A DNA stretch of 64,000 bases from assembly GCF_036321535.1 (NCBI RefSeq), contig NC_087437.1, positions 31,250,001 through 31,314,000 of the forward strand, in the 5' to 3' direction. The notes under the pieces are model-generated. The model was not told the origin of the DNA. It worked only from the letters and a program-made list of their open reading frames with translations, and made no database searches. A program made the translations under genes and the position numbers. The stretch's first letter is position 1. The number at the start of each line of letters is the position of its first letter. Of the stretch, positions 13,420 to 26,779 are shown in pieces. Origin of the DNA: Camelus dromedarius. Its lineage: Eukaryota.

Positions 13420-14110
13420 CCCCATAACCTGCTCAGCAGGGTATCCACGGGCAATTGGAAATGCTCAAATGGAACACAGAAGCAAGCTAGAGGCAGCGTG
13501 TGAACACTAGCAGAAGGCACTGGAGTAGGTGAAGTCACCCCCAGGAGGAGAGAGCAGAGACAGAAGGGAGGAGAGTGGAGGACCAGCCCTGGAGACCAAC
13601 ACTGCAGCAGGGGACAGAAGATGCAACATGGCAAAGATTAGAAAGCAAAGGTCAGACTGCAGAGGATAATCAGGAGGGAGAGGATGAAAAATACAGGTGA
13701 GGCCAACGGAGGAGTTAGAGAAGATGGGGACAAACCGGCAACCACAGCCAAGGACCGTTGGGAGGTCACCTCTGGTTTTAATGAGCACAGTTCTAATGAA
13801 GTGCGGGAAAGAAGCTAGACAGTTGTTGGTTGAAGAGTAATGAGAAGTAAAAGGAAAGACTCTGAGATCGGAGGACTTGGGTAAACTTGGCTGGAAAGAG
13901 AAGGGAGAGTCTGGGGGTAGCCAAGGCAATGGGAGAGCGGAGGATACAATGGAGGGAGGTTTTTTATTTGTTTAGTTTTTGTTTTTGTTTTTCTTTTATA
14001 AGAGTGTAAGAGACTTGAGGAAAACACAAGGCACTGAAGATGAGAGAGGAGATCATGGCAGAATAAGAGCCCAAGGGGATAGGAGGAGACGTGCTCAAGG
14101 AGATTGGCGG
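13420..14110 (-). mobile_element. LINE-2 internal fragment (degenerate ORF2)
   Basis: Purine-rich + strand with L2-like motifs such as ggaggtcacctctggttttaatgagcacagttctaatgaagtg. Confidence 0.55.
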
Positions 14111-14139
14111 ATAGGGCGAAGGACACTTTTTTCCCCAGA

Positions 14140-14480
14140 TAGGGTTAGGATTCTTGTTTAGTTGCAGATAACAAAGAAAAGAGAAATTAATCACTGGTTT
14201 GTGGAATGAAGCAACCTGCTTTAAAAAAACGAGGGAGTTATTGGCTCAATAACTGAAAAGTCTAAAGGTGGATCTAGTTTTCAGAGCAGCTGGATCACGG
14301 GGATCAGGACCTCGTCTCCCTTCCTTCCTTAGCTCTGAATGCCTCTGTTTGGCTTCACTCTTAGGCATGGAGGCCATCAAGAGGCCTTCTCTTCTTATTT
14401 GAAAAGAATGATCAGAACTAATTCTTATTGGCCAAATCAGATCACATGCCTGTTCCTAACCAGCGATTCTGGGAGAGGGG
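14140..14480 (-). mobile_element. MLT1 (MaLR) LTR fragment
   Basis: gttaggattcttgtttagttgcagataaca...ttattggctcaataactgaaaagtc...gctggatc. Confidence 0.55.
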
Positions 14481-16774
14481 CAGAGATCTCAGAAGTGTGT
14501 GAGGTAGGAGGCCTGGCTTGACAGGGCTGTGCAAGTTTGGCAGCAGCCTCCACGGATCCCAGCACTTCCACCTGCCCACCCAGAGCCCCTCCTTCCCTTC
14601 CCTCAGAAGTGTGGGGGGATGAAAGTTGACAAGGTGACTTGACACTGAATGAAAGAAATGCCTATCCTGAGATGGAAAGAGGTCCCACGCAGAGGTGGAA
14701 ATGCCCGTAGGTGTAATGAGAGAGACAGAGACAGAGAAGCCAAGAAAACGCAAGCCTTACCAATCCAGGAAAATAGCTTTTCAAGGTCATTACTTATGGG
14801 GGGGGTGGGGAGGCTCAGTAAAGATTCCAGAAGAACAAGCTAAGTGCGTGCAAAGTGCTGAGAAAAGCTGGTTTATTCTCAGTGTGTCTCCCTATTTTTA
14901 GAACTTATCTCAACTCTTCTTCGGACCGGGATGGTTGGTCCCAACAGTGTTGCTTGGCAGGAGACCCCATCAGTGTCACTGTTCCTGGGAAGGGCTCCAG
15001 GGAGGTGCTATGGAAGGTGCTGGTGAGTGAGGGGGGTTAGCCTGCCTGCCCTTCTGAACAAGGATGATTCATGTGCATGTGGACATGCAGGGAGGCTTTA
15101 TCTTTGGAACACATTTCAGAAATTAAAAAAGCAAACAAAGCTGATTAGGAGGAAAACAGATTTGCTGGAACCAAATTGGAGGAACAGACCCGGGGGCAGA
15201 AGTAAAAGTTCCAAGCTCTCCAGAATCTGAATGCCCCAGAGCCCAGAAGTAGAGATTGCATGTGTTTGGGCCTGCCAACTAGGGCACCTCGTGGTCCTGG
15301 AACAAAGAGGTGGGGGACAGGAGACGTTATTCTGAGGAGCTGCTGCTCCCTCTGAGTCCACAGGGAAAGAAGGCAGACACCTGCCTCCAGCCCAGGTTGG
15401 GAGGAGGCCCCCGACCTTGCTCACCCCAGAATTTTGCCCCTTGAATTTGGTCATTGAACTAAGGATGTTTAGATGTCTCCAGAAAACCCACTCCTTCGGG
15501 TTAGCCTGTCCATCTCCTTTCAGCCCTTCTGGGCCAGTTTAAACCCTGCCCCTTCCATGAACCCTTCTCTGGCCATCCGTATTCTGGGGGTCCCTCGCCC
15601 TCCTCTGAACCGCATCCTTCATTCGCCACTCAAGTTGAGTCCGGTTTCACTGCTTTCCCTTCCAGTGCATTCACCTCATCTCCCCAGAGGGGGCGGAGAG
15701 TCCTAGAGGCCGGGGTCCTTGACTGGTGGTTTTAGGATCCCTAGAACCTAGTACAGTGCCTGGCAGGTAGCTGATGTTCAGAATATGTTTATTGGTTTGT
15801 GAATCATGTATTCTGTACGTGGCCAGTATTTATCTTTGGAAGTGATATGCATTCCTTTTGATACTGAGGATTCATCTGGGAAGCCCTGAAGAATATTTTG
15901 AATCCTTTAGATTTAGATTTAAGACAACTAAGGCCTACTGATGTAAAGTGAAGTGTTTTCACAAACTGTAATTCTTTCTTTGTTGTTTTTACAAACAAAA
16001 ACATTTACCAGTTTGATTTCAACATGAAGTGGTATAATTTATAAAAGACTTGACCTGAACAATAAGAGAAAGCCTGTACGTTACTTAGATGTGTATCTAC
16101 TTTTAGAGTTAATGCTATTCTGGAAGAGGTAGTTGCCACAACTGAACTTGAACTTGGTAACTTGAAAGAGCTAATGGGGAAAGAAGGAAGCATTTTATAC
16201 CTTCTACACCTACTAATACGTCCAATACCACCAGAGCTTGAACCCCAGCAACTTCAAATATATATTTTCATAAGCAAACAAAAAAAAAAAAGAAGAAGAA
16301 GAAAGAAAAGGAAAGAAAACTAAGGCCTAAGATCTCAAAACTGCACAATTAGATCACAGAAAAGCAGGATTAGATCCCAGTCTCCAGGTCAAAACAAACA
16401 AACAAAAATCCTAGCACACTTACCATCAGAAATCATTGCTAAATTGAGGGAGGCTGAGGATAAGATACAAATTCAAAGATGAATGAAATATAGCCTCAGA
16501 GAGATTGGATTCTAGGAGAACAATGAAATAACTTTCCCCTTTCCTTCCTTCCTTCTTTCCTCCTTCCTTCAACCTTAAACAGTACAAGAATTACACTAAA
16601 GACGCACACACGAACAATAGACCTGGTCCCTCTCCTTGAGGACCAGTCTGCTGAGGGGGACGTTGGCCTCCAAATTAACTTATAAAAGGAACAGGAAAAA
16701 AAAAAAGCAATTTTAGAAGAAAGCCATAAACAAAGAGCCTTTAGACCCTAGATAAAGGAGTACTTCTAAAAAAA

Positions 16775-17347
16775 TTTTTTATTGAAGCATAATTAATTTA
16801 CAACATTGTATTAGTTTCAGGTGTACAGCATAGCAATTTGGTTTTTTGGCAGATTATATTCCATTATAGGTTATCACAAGATAATGGGTGTAATTCCCTG
16901 TGCTACACAGCAAATCCTTGTTGCTTAGCTATTTTACGTATAGCAGTTTATATCTGTAAACCCCAAACTCCTAATTTATCCCCTCCCGCACTCCCTCTCC
17001 CCTTTGGCAACCACAAGTTTGTTTTCTGTGTCTGAGTCTGTTTCTGTTTTGTATATAGATTCATTTCTGTTACTTCTTAAGATTCCATGTATACATGATA
17101 TCATACAGTATTTGTCTTTGTCTGACTTACTTCACTAAGTATGATAATCTCTAGGTCCATCCATGTTGCTGCAGATGGCATGATTTCATTCTTTTCTGTG
17201 GCTGAGTACTACTTCATTGTGTGTGTGTATATATATTCACACCCCACATCTTCTGAAGCCAGTCATCTGTTGATGGGCACATGGGTTGCTTCCATGTCTT
17301 GGCTATTGTAAATAGTGCTGCTATGAATATTGGGGTGCATGTATCTT
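16775..17347 (-). mobile_element. Lineage L1 3' end (about 570 bp)
   Basis: ttttttattgaagcataattaatttacaacattgtattagtttcaggtgtacagc...ctaggtccatccatgttgctgc...ggctattgtaaatagtgctgctatgaatattggggtgcatgtatc. Confidence 0.9.
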
Positions 17348-18384
17348 GAGCAAGGACTATTTAATACTAAGTCTGGGGGCTAGGGAACTTTGCAGAGAGG
17401 TGGTGATTCCTAAGCTGGTTAGTTAAAGGATGGAAATTTTGGCAAAAGGGGGATGAGTATTTTAGACTGAGGGAACAGCCTGAGACCTGCCACGGCAGGT
17501 GGCAGTTTTAGGGAACAGTGCTGGTGGCTGACACTAAGGGGGTTTCAGTGGTACTGAGGAGATGAGGGGGTGGGCCAGGACCGTGCAGGGAAAGGTAGAG
17601 CCTCCCGTGTGGAGAGAACAAGTGAGTTCACTCACTGCTAAAGTGGGGAGCATGGTGCTCACCTGCTGGTGTTCTTACGCAGTGCCCTCCAAGGAGACAT
17701 GCGGGCAGGGAGAGGCTTGTGGCAGGCTTCCTACCAGGTTTTTAGGGACATATACAGAAGGTTTCATCTAACTAAATCAGTGCACAGTGAGAGAGAGAAG
17801 GTGATTACCAGCCAGGCCGGAAACACAAAGTGGGGAAAGGACCTGGTCAGAGGAGGTGGGGCAGCTTCAGCTGGCAGGACACACAGGGAAGTGGACCCAA
17901 CACACTCTTCTACCTTGTTCCTTCCCTGCTCAGCCCAATATCCTTGTGCTTCTGGAAAAGATGGGGCCTTGTTAAAACTGGGAAGGCCCATCCATGCATC
18001 TAACATATGAAGAAGTCCCCGAGATCCAAAACACTGCACCCTGAGCCTCACACAGATGCTCAATATTTCATTAAAGATTTATTCCTTTAGCTGATGAAAA
18101 AAAAAAAAAGATAAAATGCAAACCCTTTTGAGGAAGCAGTGTGGCTTGAAGGAGCACCCGCTCAAGAGTCCAGAAACCTGACCTCATTTGACTCTTTACC
18201 TGAGGAGATCACCTCCTTTGTATCTTGCTGACAGGCTGCCCCTTCCAGAATCCTGGAGAGGCTTTGACTCTACCTTGATTCCCAGATTCCACTCTGATCC
18301 ACTGAATCAGAAGCTCCAGAAGCTGAATTCAGTGCCTGCGTGGCACAGGCGTTTGTGGTGCTCGTTAGTCAGTGCTGGTCACTG

Positions 18385-18720
18385 GCTGGCTCCTGTCCAG
18401 CTCACTTCTGGGAACCAGGCAAGGTGGCCGTCCTGGGGCCCTCGTGGTTGGGTGAGGCTGTGTGACTGGTTCTGGCCACTGAGTTGTGAGTGGAGAGGGC
18501 CAGCGTCTGCTCCTGGCTGGGCACTGAATGGACAGAGTAAGAGAGTCCCTGGATGTCTTTTCCCTCTGGCACTGGGATCACCCACTTTGGGGTCCTCAGA
18601 TGACCACCAGGAGCAGAGCACCATGCCCACATGCAATGCACCTGGAGCCTGAGTGAAAAATAACCCTTGTTGTGATAAGCCACTGGGATGGGGAGCGTGC
18701 CAGTTAGCTCGACATGACCT
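18385..18720 (+). mobile_element. MLT1 (MaLR) LTR, MLT1I/J-like
   Basis: gtgtgactggttctggccactgagttgtgagtgg...tgagtgaaaaataacccttgttgtgataagccactggga. Confidence 0.65.
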
Positions 18721-19261
18721 GGCTCAGACTCCAGGAGGGATTCTCACACGGCCAGCCTGACCCCAGGTGGGTCTCCGAGAGCCCCTGGCTAGGGGACCTT
18801 TCAGGTGCCTTCCATTTCTAAACTTTATTTGGTTCTGGAAGCAAGTGCTTAGCTATTCAGCATTGATAAGATGCTAACTGGCCATCAGATTGGTAAGGCC
18901 CTTCTGAGGTGTTTCCACTGCAGAATGGGAAGCAGGGGGAGACCAGACTGGTGGAGGGGGTGTCTAGGGCAGGGGGTACAGCAGGGCTCTTGGGGAGCAG
19001 CTACAGGTGGGAGAAGGGCTGGACACAGCCCCAGGACTCAGCTTAACACTGGGCCGAGGGCCGACTTGGCAAGTGGAATTCCTACCTTCACCATTTCATT
19101 TCCTGGTGCTAGAATTTTTAGAATGGATGGATAATCTGCATTGAGGGGTTTTTATTATAGGTGAAGAGAGTCCCTTAAAATTCTGTTGCCTGGAAACACT
19201 TTTGTAGGTTTGAGGCCTAATCTCTTGAGCACCAGAATTTGGGTCACCGCAACCCACTTTG

Positions 19262-19371
19262 AGGGTGAACCACTATCCTGGCGTTCCTGGAACTGTCTTG
19301 GTTTTTAGCACTGAAAGCCCCATGTCCAGAAAACTCCTCAGTTCTGGGCAAACTGGGACAGCTGGTCACTC
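19262..19371. mobile_element. MER81-like hAT-Blackjack MITE
   Basis: Terminal inverted repeats agggtgaacca / tggtcactc, with internal ttttagcactgaaag and gggcaaactgggaca. Confidence 0.7.
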
Positions 19372-20778
19372 AGGGGCCACGTTGTTTCTTCCTAATGACG
19401 TCTCTCAGCCGATACACCTCACCACCCCGCCCCCGCCCCGCTCTGATGGTTGGCAAAGTTAGATTTCAGGATCTTTCCATGTGCTCTAGCTCAAGTCAGG
19501 AAAAAATAAACCCTCAACAGCTTCTGTGCTACAGAAAGAGGTTTACAGATTTCAATATGCCAGCCAAAAAGAAAAAAACCATTCTCAGCTTGCTTCCTGT
19601 GCCAGCTTGATAGGCCACTGCAGAGATGGGTGGTTTCCAATGGAGTTTTTCGCCCCTGAGCCGGTTTTGAACCTCGCAGCTCTGCCACTTGACGGCATCC
19701 AGGTTTCCAGACGCTGGCAAGGATGCCACAGTCTGTCACCATCGGGGCCGCTGTGACTTTTCCTGTTCTGACAACTAGACAAGATGTCTTTTGAAGGGTG
19801 TTTAGTACTTGGTTTGTTTTCAAGATAGACGAGCCCCAGAGTAGATGTGCTTCAGAAAATATTAAATGTTGGAGACTGGTCTGTATCCTCCTTGAAGAGA
19901 ATTAGTTACACAGTTAGACGCCTTTGGTTCTGTAGTTAAATCAATGCACGGACTGTCAGGCTGAAAGAGGTAATGAAGAATGCTTTGTTGAACCGGAGGG
20001 GAGCTTGTTGGGGAAATGGCTGAGACCCTGAATGGTTAAAGCTGCTACAGCATTTGCTCCACTCCTGGCTTCTACAAAGGATTACGAAGTGATTAAGGAG
20101 ATTGTACTGAACTTTAGGAAAATATCTCAGATGTGAGCTATTTGCCTAAATGTCTTTCTACTCTGCAGCCCGACAGAAAAGCGAGAAAGGCAAGCAAAGG
20201 TCAGATCACCTCCAGCCTCATCGCCCTCTTCCCTCCTTTAATTCTCAAAGGTCCGGGTCCCAGACCAGAGGCTGTTGTGGAAACAACTTGCTCCTGGAAC
20301 AGTGTACAAAGGGAAAGAGCGCCACAGGAAAAATCCACCTCCAGGAGACAGAGTTCGGGAGAATGAGAATGTGGGACGTCAAACACAATGAGTGGAAGTG
20401 CAGGAAGGGAGGCGAGGACATTTCTGGAGGCAGGGAAGGCCCAGAGGCACGGGGCCAGGCAGGACCTTGGGTGAAATGTTAGGACAGGCTTCTCGTACTC
20501 GCCTGGCACGGGAGCAACCACGCCCAATACGCTACCCTTTCTTCTTGTAGATGAAGTTCAGGCCTCCTCAGAAAACGTCTATTATTTTGGAATGCCCCGT
20601 GGACTGGGCTGTGCGGTGTACACATGCATGGGTTGATGGCGGAGGTTTAATTCTGGCGGCAGGAGAGCACAACCCCTGAGGGGCAGGGGACCCTGCGAGG
20701 CCAAAAGGTATGGGAACACGCGTCAAGTGCAACAAATACCATTCGCCTGACCTTTCTAGAAGCTGGCCCCAGGGCGGC

Positions 20779-20797
20779 GGGGGGGGGGGGGGGGGGG
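20779..20797 (+). repeat. Poly-G run (19 G)
   Basis: Read directly from the sequence. Confidence 0.95.
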
Positions 20798-23393
20798 AGG
20801 AAAACAGAAACTGTTTGGGCTGGGCTTTTCTCCTTACCAGCTTCCTCATGAATTTAATCTTGATAAGATTTATGGAAGTAAATCTTGCCTTCACGTCTTT
20901 AATTTCTAAGACTTTGGCTTTTCCTGTCAATGCCAAGGTACCAATAGCCTCCTTAATGGCTTTCTAGAAAGTCCTGGGTTTTGAGGGAGACACTCATGTT
21001 TGAAAAATGTGTGCCCAGGGGAAGCTCGGGGACAGGAAGGCTGAGCAAGAAGCTACCTGGGAGCCTCATCTGGCTCCAGTAGGCCGTGTCATTCACACAG
21101 ACCACATGGACTCCAGTGCCCTCCAGGTCTTTAAGTCTGTGACTCTAGAATGAGGAACTTACCAGAGAAAGAACAAATTTGCTTTTGCCTTTAGACAAAA
21201 GGAGGATCTGACTGAAGGGAAGAGGAAAACTTTCCAGTTGAAGAGATAGATATTGCCTAAAATAAACATTATTTTAATACATTCTTCAAAAGCGCATGTT
21301 TTAAAAATTAATTCAAAGTCAGATAAAAATTCTAATATGGCATAGCTACCTCATGTGAGGGAAGTGAAGGCAAAAAGAAATTAAAGCCAAGGAAATTTTT
21401 ACAGAATATTACTTCAGATAAGACCAGAAGATGAAGTTTAATTTATATAATAATTTTAATAACAAGGTAAATACTTGAAAATTTTCAGAATGTTAGAATC
21501 TTTCAGAAGTTTATTAAATGCCTTCCCCATAATGACTAGATAATTAAGCATATCTATAAATTCAAGTGAGAAATTTCTATTTTATATATTTGTTTTATTC
21601 TACAGATTGGATTTGAATTTTTTAAAGTTGTTTTCCTGGTTGTAAAAAAAGTCTTAAAGATTTTATCACCTCTTTAGGACGCTAAGAAACCTAACAAGGT
21701 GATATGGCCCTTCCTACTGCCTCCAAGCTTCCAAGCAATGGGTAATTCAAAGGGTTCAACTTTCATTGTCAATATCATGTCAGATTGGACCCAATTTACC
21801 CATTAGACATGGAGCACTGGTTAAAGCCACCTCACCTTTGTGAGGAGCCTATCAACTCCTTTACCAAACTGAGCCCAGTTCCTTTAAGACTCTCTTACCA
21901 ATGGAGAACGACCATCCCCATTCTTAGAGCACATGCAAGAGATTCCCAAAGGAAGGGTGAATCTTGGAGAACAGGACTCAGGGCCACAAAGCTCAGCTTC
22001 CCTCCATGTCAAGCCTCCATCTTTTGCTGACCTTGGGGGATCTGAGCTTGATTTTTTCTCATTAGGAGAGCCAGCACACTGCTCTACGATCTTCGTGAAA
22101 CTACAAATTCTTACTAAAATTGAAAGGTTCTAATCGGGTCAGGATGCTGGCCGTGTGGGTGACTGGTGCAGGGCTGAGGTCCAAGGAGTCTAAAGCTGGT
22201 GGAGCTGAGCGAGTACTGAAGCAGCCCAGGGCAGGAGAAGCCAGGGGATGAGTCTAGGGATTGCTCGAGGCCAAGACAGGGAGGATGAATATTGTGATCA
22301 AATCCCAGGGAATGAGCACAGAGCTAGGATGAGAGACAAGCCTAAAGATAAACTGGGGTTGGAAGGGAGACCAAGAGCAAGCAGAGAGAGATGCAGGGGG
22401 ATCAAGGTGGCTCCATGTTCTCAGCTGAAAATGTAGACGCCTACCTTTTAATCCAGTCTATGGTGTTTTTACATCATCCAGTATTTTAAGGCATTTTTGA
22501 TGGTTGCGTAGATTCCAACATATAGATGTAATGTAAAATCCTTAATCATCTTCCTATTGTTAGGTTATAATGATTTTTAAGATAATTTCTCACTTTTCAT
22601 ACATTTAAAAATTAAAAGGAACATTACTGAACAAATTTGAATTCACCAATTTAGGAAGAAAAATACGTACTATTAACAGCATAAATATATTTAAGAAGCA
22701 GGGGAAATCTGGAAGCCACTAGAGTGAATCACTATTTCAGACACCAAGCACTCTGAACCCTAAAAAAGGAAGTGAGTGAATAGGCAAAATCTTAGAGATG
22801 TATGAAAGATACAGACTTTTTTTTTTTTAAAACCCAAAGCATTATGGATGGAAAAAAGTTAAAGGTTTTTTTTTGTTGTTGTTGTTGTTGTTTTTTTTAG
22901 TGAAAAAGTCAGGACTAAATTAGATGGTGAAGAAGAAGATTCACCTCTAATCTGTTATTATATTTTCTAAAAGCTTGTTCTAAATTCTGGTCCCACTTGT
23001 TAATTTTAAAAGCCTTTGAGTGCTATTTATACTGAGTCTTGTTTTTGTAGACAAGCCATAAGTGATTTGTTATCAAAAGGTTGTCTGTACCTGGGGAAGT
23101 CTAGTCAATTCAGTCCTGAAGCCCAAGGGAGGCACCCCCGCCACCTGGTAACTGCTGACTGAAATGCAGTTATAGTAACCAGTGCTAGAACCCTCCCTGC
23201 AAGCCAGCAAAAAGCAGAGGCAGTGGGACCTTGTATATGGAGTTAATCCCATTTAAAAAAAAAGTTTGCTTCTGAAATAAGATTTGAGCAAGGTCTTTAG
23301 TGGAATGGGGTTCTGAGTTCCTAGAAATTGGGAGGATGCAGAGAAGTTCAGAGTGGTGGCTGTGAGAACCCTTTCACAGAGCAAAGAGCCCTT

Positions 23394-23491
23394 ATGGCCA
23401 GGAGGGCCAGGATATGTCCTGGCCATATCCTTAGATATCCTAATGGCCAGGAGGGCCAGGATATGTCCTGGCCATATCCTTAAATATCCTA
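23394..23491. repeat. 49-bp tandem duplication, 2 copies, 48/49 identical
   Basis: atggccaggagggccaggatatgtcctggccatatcctta(g/a)atatccta at 23394-23442 and 23443-23491. Confidence 0.95.
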
Positions 23492-24442
23492 ATAATAGTC
23501 CAACACCATGGTTCCCAACTCTTTGTGAGTCTGAGCTGATTCTCTTCAGTCTGCCCTCTTGGGCAGTCCTGATGGGGACCCTAGTCAAGACAGCATCCCT
23601 GCAGTGCAGGATAAGTTACTTAGACATTTGAGCAAGCAGCCATGGAAACGATTATACCCATCCACATTCCTCCCAGCAGAATCCCAAGATATCTCAGATT
23701 CTGTGGGCAGCTCCGCTTGCAAGCCCCATCACCTCCAGCATCTGCTTACCAGCTGGCCCGCAAATCCCTTAACGAGGGTCATGGGATTAGTATCCATGCT
23801 CTTTGTACACCAGACTCTGACTTTGACAAATCTGTCCTCTCACATCAGGGGCATTTAAAGATTAAAGAATCGCAGCTCCACTTGGCAGATAGAGAGACTG
23901 GGGCTGATCTGGTGGGGATGTTCTGGCATGTTCCCTCCCGTGGCCCCCCAGATGTTTCACCGTAGCCTGCAGTTCCACAACGACAAGTCTGAAGGTATGT
24001 GACCCGATACCATAGAGAAGTAACGGGCGTGGCTGTGTTGCAGGCCACTCAGGGCGAGCTAGGTCTTTGTGAATTCCCCCTGTACACTCCTCACTTGGCT
24101 CAGAAATTTCCCCTGTTTTCTCCTGTGCCTGGACGCTAGCAAGTGCCATCAGCCCAGCCAGTTATAGCTGCGGGAAAAGGGGACAGTCCAACCGTCTCTC
24201 AGCTTTTCTTTCTGCAGTGCTTGCTGGTAGCGCTAGCTCCAGAAGCTCCTCACCTGGCCATGACCTTGGCTCTTTAGCTTCCCTGGCCATCCTGCCCTCA
24301 CCCCATCAGAGAGTCAATTAGAGGAGCAGGCAAGTCTGAATCTCCTAGCTGTTCCTGCCCCGACAGCCCCTGCCAGCACTACATTCTTATGACTGCGTGC
24401 CTCCCTCCCAGATCCTACGTACAGGAAGACATCTGTTTATTG

Positions 24443-24622
24443 CAGTGGTTCTCAAAGTGTGGTTCCTCACCTGCAGCATCTGTATCATCTAGAAACTTGT
24501 GAGAAAGACAAATTCTGAGGCCCCAGTGAGACCTCCCAAATGAGAAATCCTTGGATGGGGGCCCAGCATTCTGTCTAACAAGCCTGCCAGATGATTTTGA
24601 TACATGCCAAACTTGGATAACT
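24443..24622. mobile_element. MER5A-like hAT-Charlie element
   Basis: cagtggttctcaaagtgtgg...agaaacttgtgagaaa...gggggcccagca...taacaagcc...gattttgatacatgccaaactt. Confidence 0.8.
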
Positions 24623-24709
24623 TGCATTTCTAACAGTTTCCCAGGTAATACTGATGCAGCTGCTCTGAAGGCCGCCCCTGTTGATGGGCATGGGGAAATT
24701 ATTCTCTAC

Positions 24710-24905
24710 TAGGGTTTACCAAACTACAGCCACGGTCCAAATCCAGCCCGCTGTCTGTTCTGTAAATAAAGTTGTATTGGAATGTGGCCACACCCATTCA
24801 TTTACATACTGTCTGTGGGTGCATTCATACCACAGAGGCAGAGTTGAATAGTTGCAACAGAGACGATGTGGCCTGCAAAGCTAAGAATATTTATAGAAAA
24901 GTGCT
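24710..24905. mobile_element. MER58A-like hAT-Charlie element
   Basis: caaactacagcc...tgtaaataaagttgtattggaa...cccattcatttacata...gcagagttgaatagttgcaacagagac...ggcctgcaaagc. Confidence 0.8.
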
Positions 24906-25704
24906 CTACACAGACATACCCGATTTGGGACAGACTACTTGGCCCCTTGCCAGATGGAATTTAGGCAAAGATAACAGTAATAATAACACAATGTAGAACT
25001 GGACACTTGCATATTGCTTCTGCCTAGAAACGAAAGGGCTTTCTTCAAACCTGTGAAAGCAGCTCTAGCTGAGATCAGAAGTCTCTGGTAGGGGCTGTCG
25101 CTGGCAGTGTGGCTGTGGTCACAACAGGACTGGGGTCTAGACCAGTGTTAGAATTTGCAGGTGTACAGGAATGGAAAGGCAGGAATGCTGGGCCGTCAGT
25201 TATATACAGAAGAGGCTAATTTTTAGTAGTCTAAGCATTCCTTGACTTAAAAAAAAAAAAAGCAACTCTACAGATTTTTTTAAGGCAGCATACTCATGGT
25301 TCTTTTAGGTCAACATGTCCAAAAAAATGAAAGATTTTAAATCAAAGGCATATTTGATTAGTTTGGACTCTTTAAAACAATGGCGGGGGTCTTGAACTCT
25401 TTCCCTTAACAGCTAAGAAACCCCATTTTTTTCTGTTGACTCTCCCTACAGTGATTAAAAATGCTTTCCCCACACTTCCCAGTTGCAAGCTTTTTCAGAA
25501 CAAGAGCAATCTGTAAATGTCTAAAGCTGGAGAATATCATTAGGTCAGACCTCTGATTTAGATCTGTGATTTTGTCTCTGATACTCATGGCAGGAGGGGT
25601 ATCCTCTGCTTTGAAGAGAGGATATTTTCACTTGTTCTTAAGAAAAACAGAAAGTGAGGATAGTCATCCTGAGACAGCAGTCTCTGGAGGTCAGGAAGGC
25701 AGTC

Positions 25705-25930
25705 TGGTAGAGTGGCAAGAAATAGCTGCTGGAATTTGGCTAGAATTTTTGAATACCCAGATTGAAATCCGAGTCCTGTAGTCTTCTACTGCTGTGGTCT
25801 TGGGCAAGTTGCTTAATCATTGCCTCTCTGAACCTGTTCCTTATCTATAAAATATGAGTAATCACATCTGGCTCAAAGATTAACTTAAACTTGATATGGT
25901 AAGTCCCTAACGTGGTATGGGGCACTCAAG
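25705..25930 (+). mobile_element. MIR SINE
   Basis: gctgtggtcttgggcaagttgcttaa...tctctgaacctgttccttatctataaaat. Confidence 0.65.
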
Positions 25931-26779
25931 TCAGTGCTGTCTTCACTTGCTCTCCTGGCCTGTTGGTAGAACTTTTCTTCTTCTGTCTTAGGATTTCTTT
26001 GCTTTGGAGTTTCAGAAAATTTAGCAGAACCGAGAAAAGCGAGGTTCTTTGGGAACACATTGTGCTGCTTTAGGAGAGCTAAAAGAACACTCCTAATGTG
26101 AGGAAAGTGCTCCATTTACTCATCTCTCCTGAGTAGCTGTCTTTGAAATTGCTAGGCTTGGGTTAAACATTTGTACAAAATGCTGGAGGAGGAATTCCTG
26201 GCCAAGAACAAGGATTCCAGGTGCACCCTAACATCTATGGTGGGGGGCAGGGGAAAGAAGCTACATTTAAAGATAATTCTAACAGAATCACCAAAGATAA
26301 GATCTAACAGCTCCGCAAAGATAATTATTAACTAATATCTCAGCCTCAGTAGTTTGCAGATACCTGATAACTCGTGGACCCATTAAGATTCTCCTATTAA
26401 GGGGAGAATCTTCGTGATCTCCAGAAATAAAAATACCTTGTCAATAGGTGTTTTGTAATTGAAGGCTGTGTCCACCATTGTCATAAGGAATAAATCAACC
26501 AGTTTAGAGAAAAGGACTGCAGTGTTCTTGCTATCCAACACAAGTTCTCCTTGGGGCACTGCTCGCATTCACTTCCTCAGAGAGGACTTCCCATCCACCA
26601 GCCTGAAGTGGCCTCTCCCCAGCTACGCTCCTACCCCACCCACTTCACTGCATCATGATTTTAAATATGTGGTTTATTTATCTGATTATTTATTTCTTGT
26701 CGATCTCTCCAAGCAAAATGAAAAGTGCCTTGGCCTTATTCATTGCTGAATAAAGTCCCTTACCACCCCTTCCCCTACA

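Noticed and set aside
16095..16320. Protein-like reading (VNAILEEVVATTELELGNLKELMGKEG) after tttag, followed by an A-rich tract; possible exon or retrocopy
   Set aside because: No family recognised, no convincing donor site and no TSD found. A tblastx search would settle it.
18188..18683. 154-aa ORF and overlapping ORFs
   Set aside because: They lie over an MLT1 LTR remnant and show no protein family similarity.
23253..23631. ORFs with an internal peptide repeat
   Set aside because: The repeat comes from the 49-bp DNA duplication, which is not a multiple of three.
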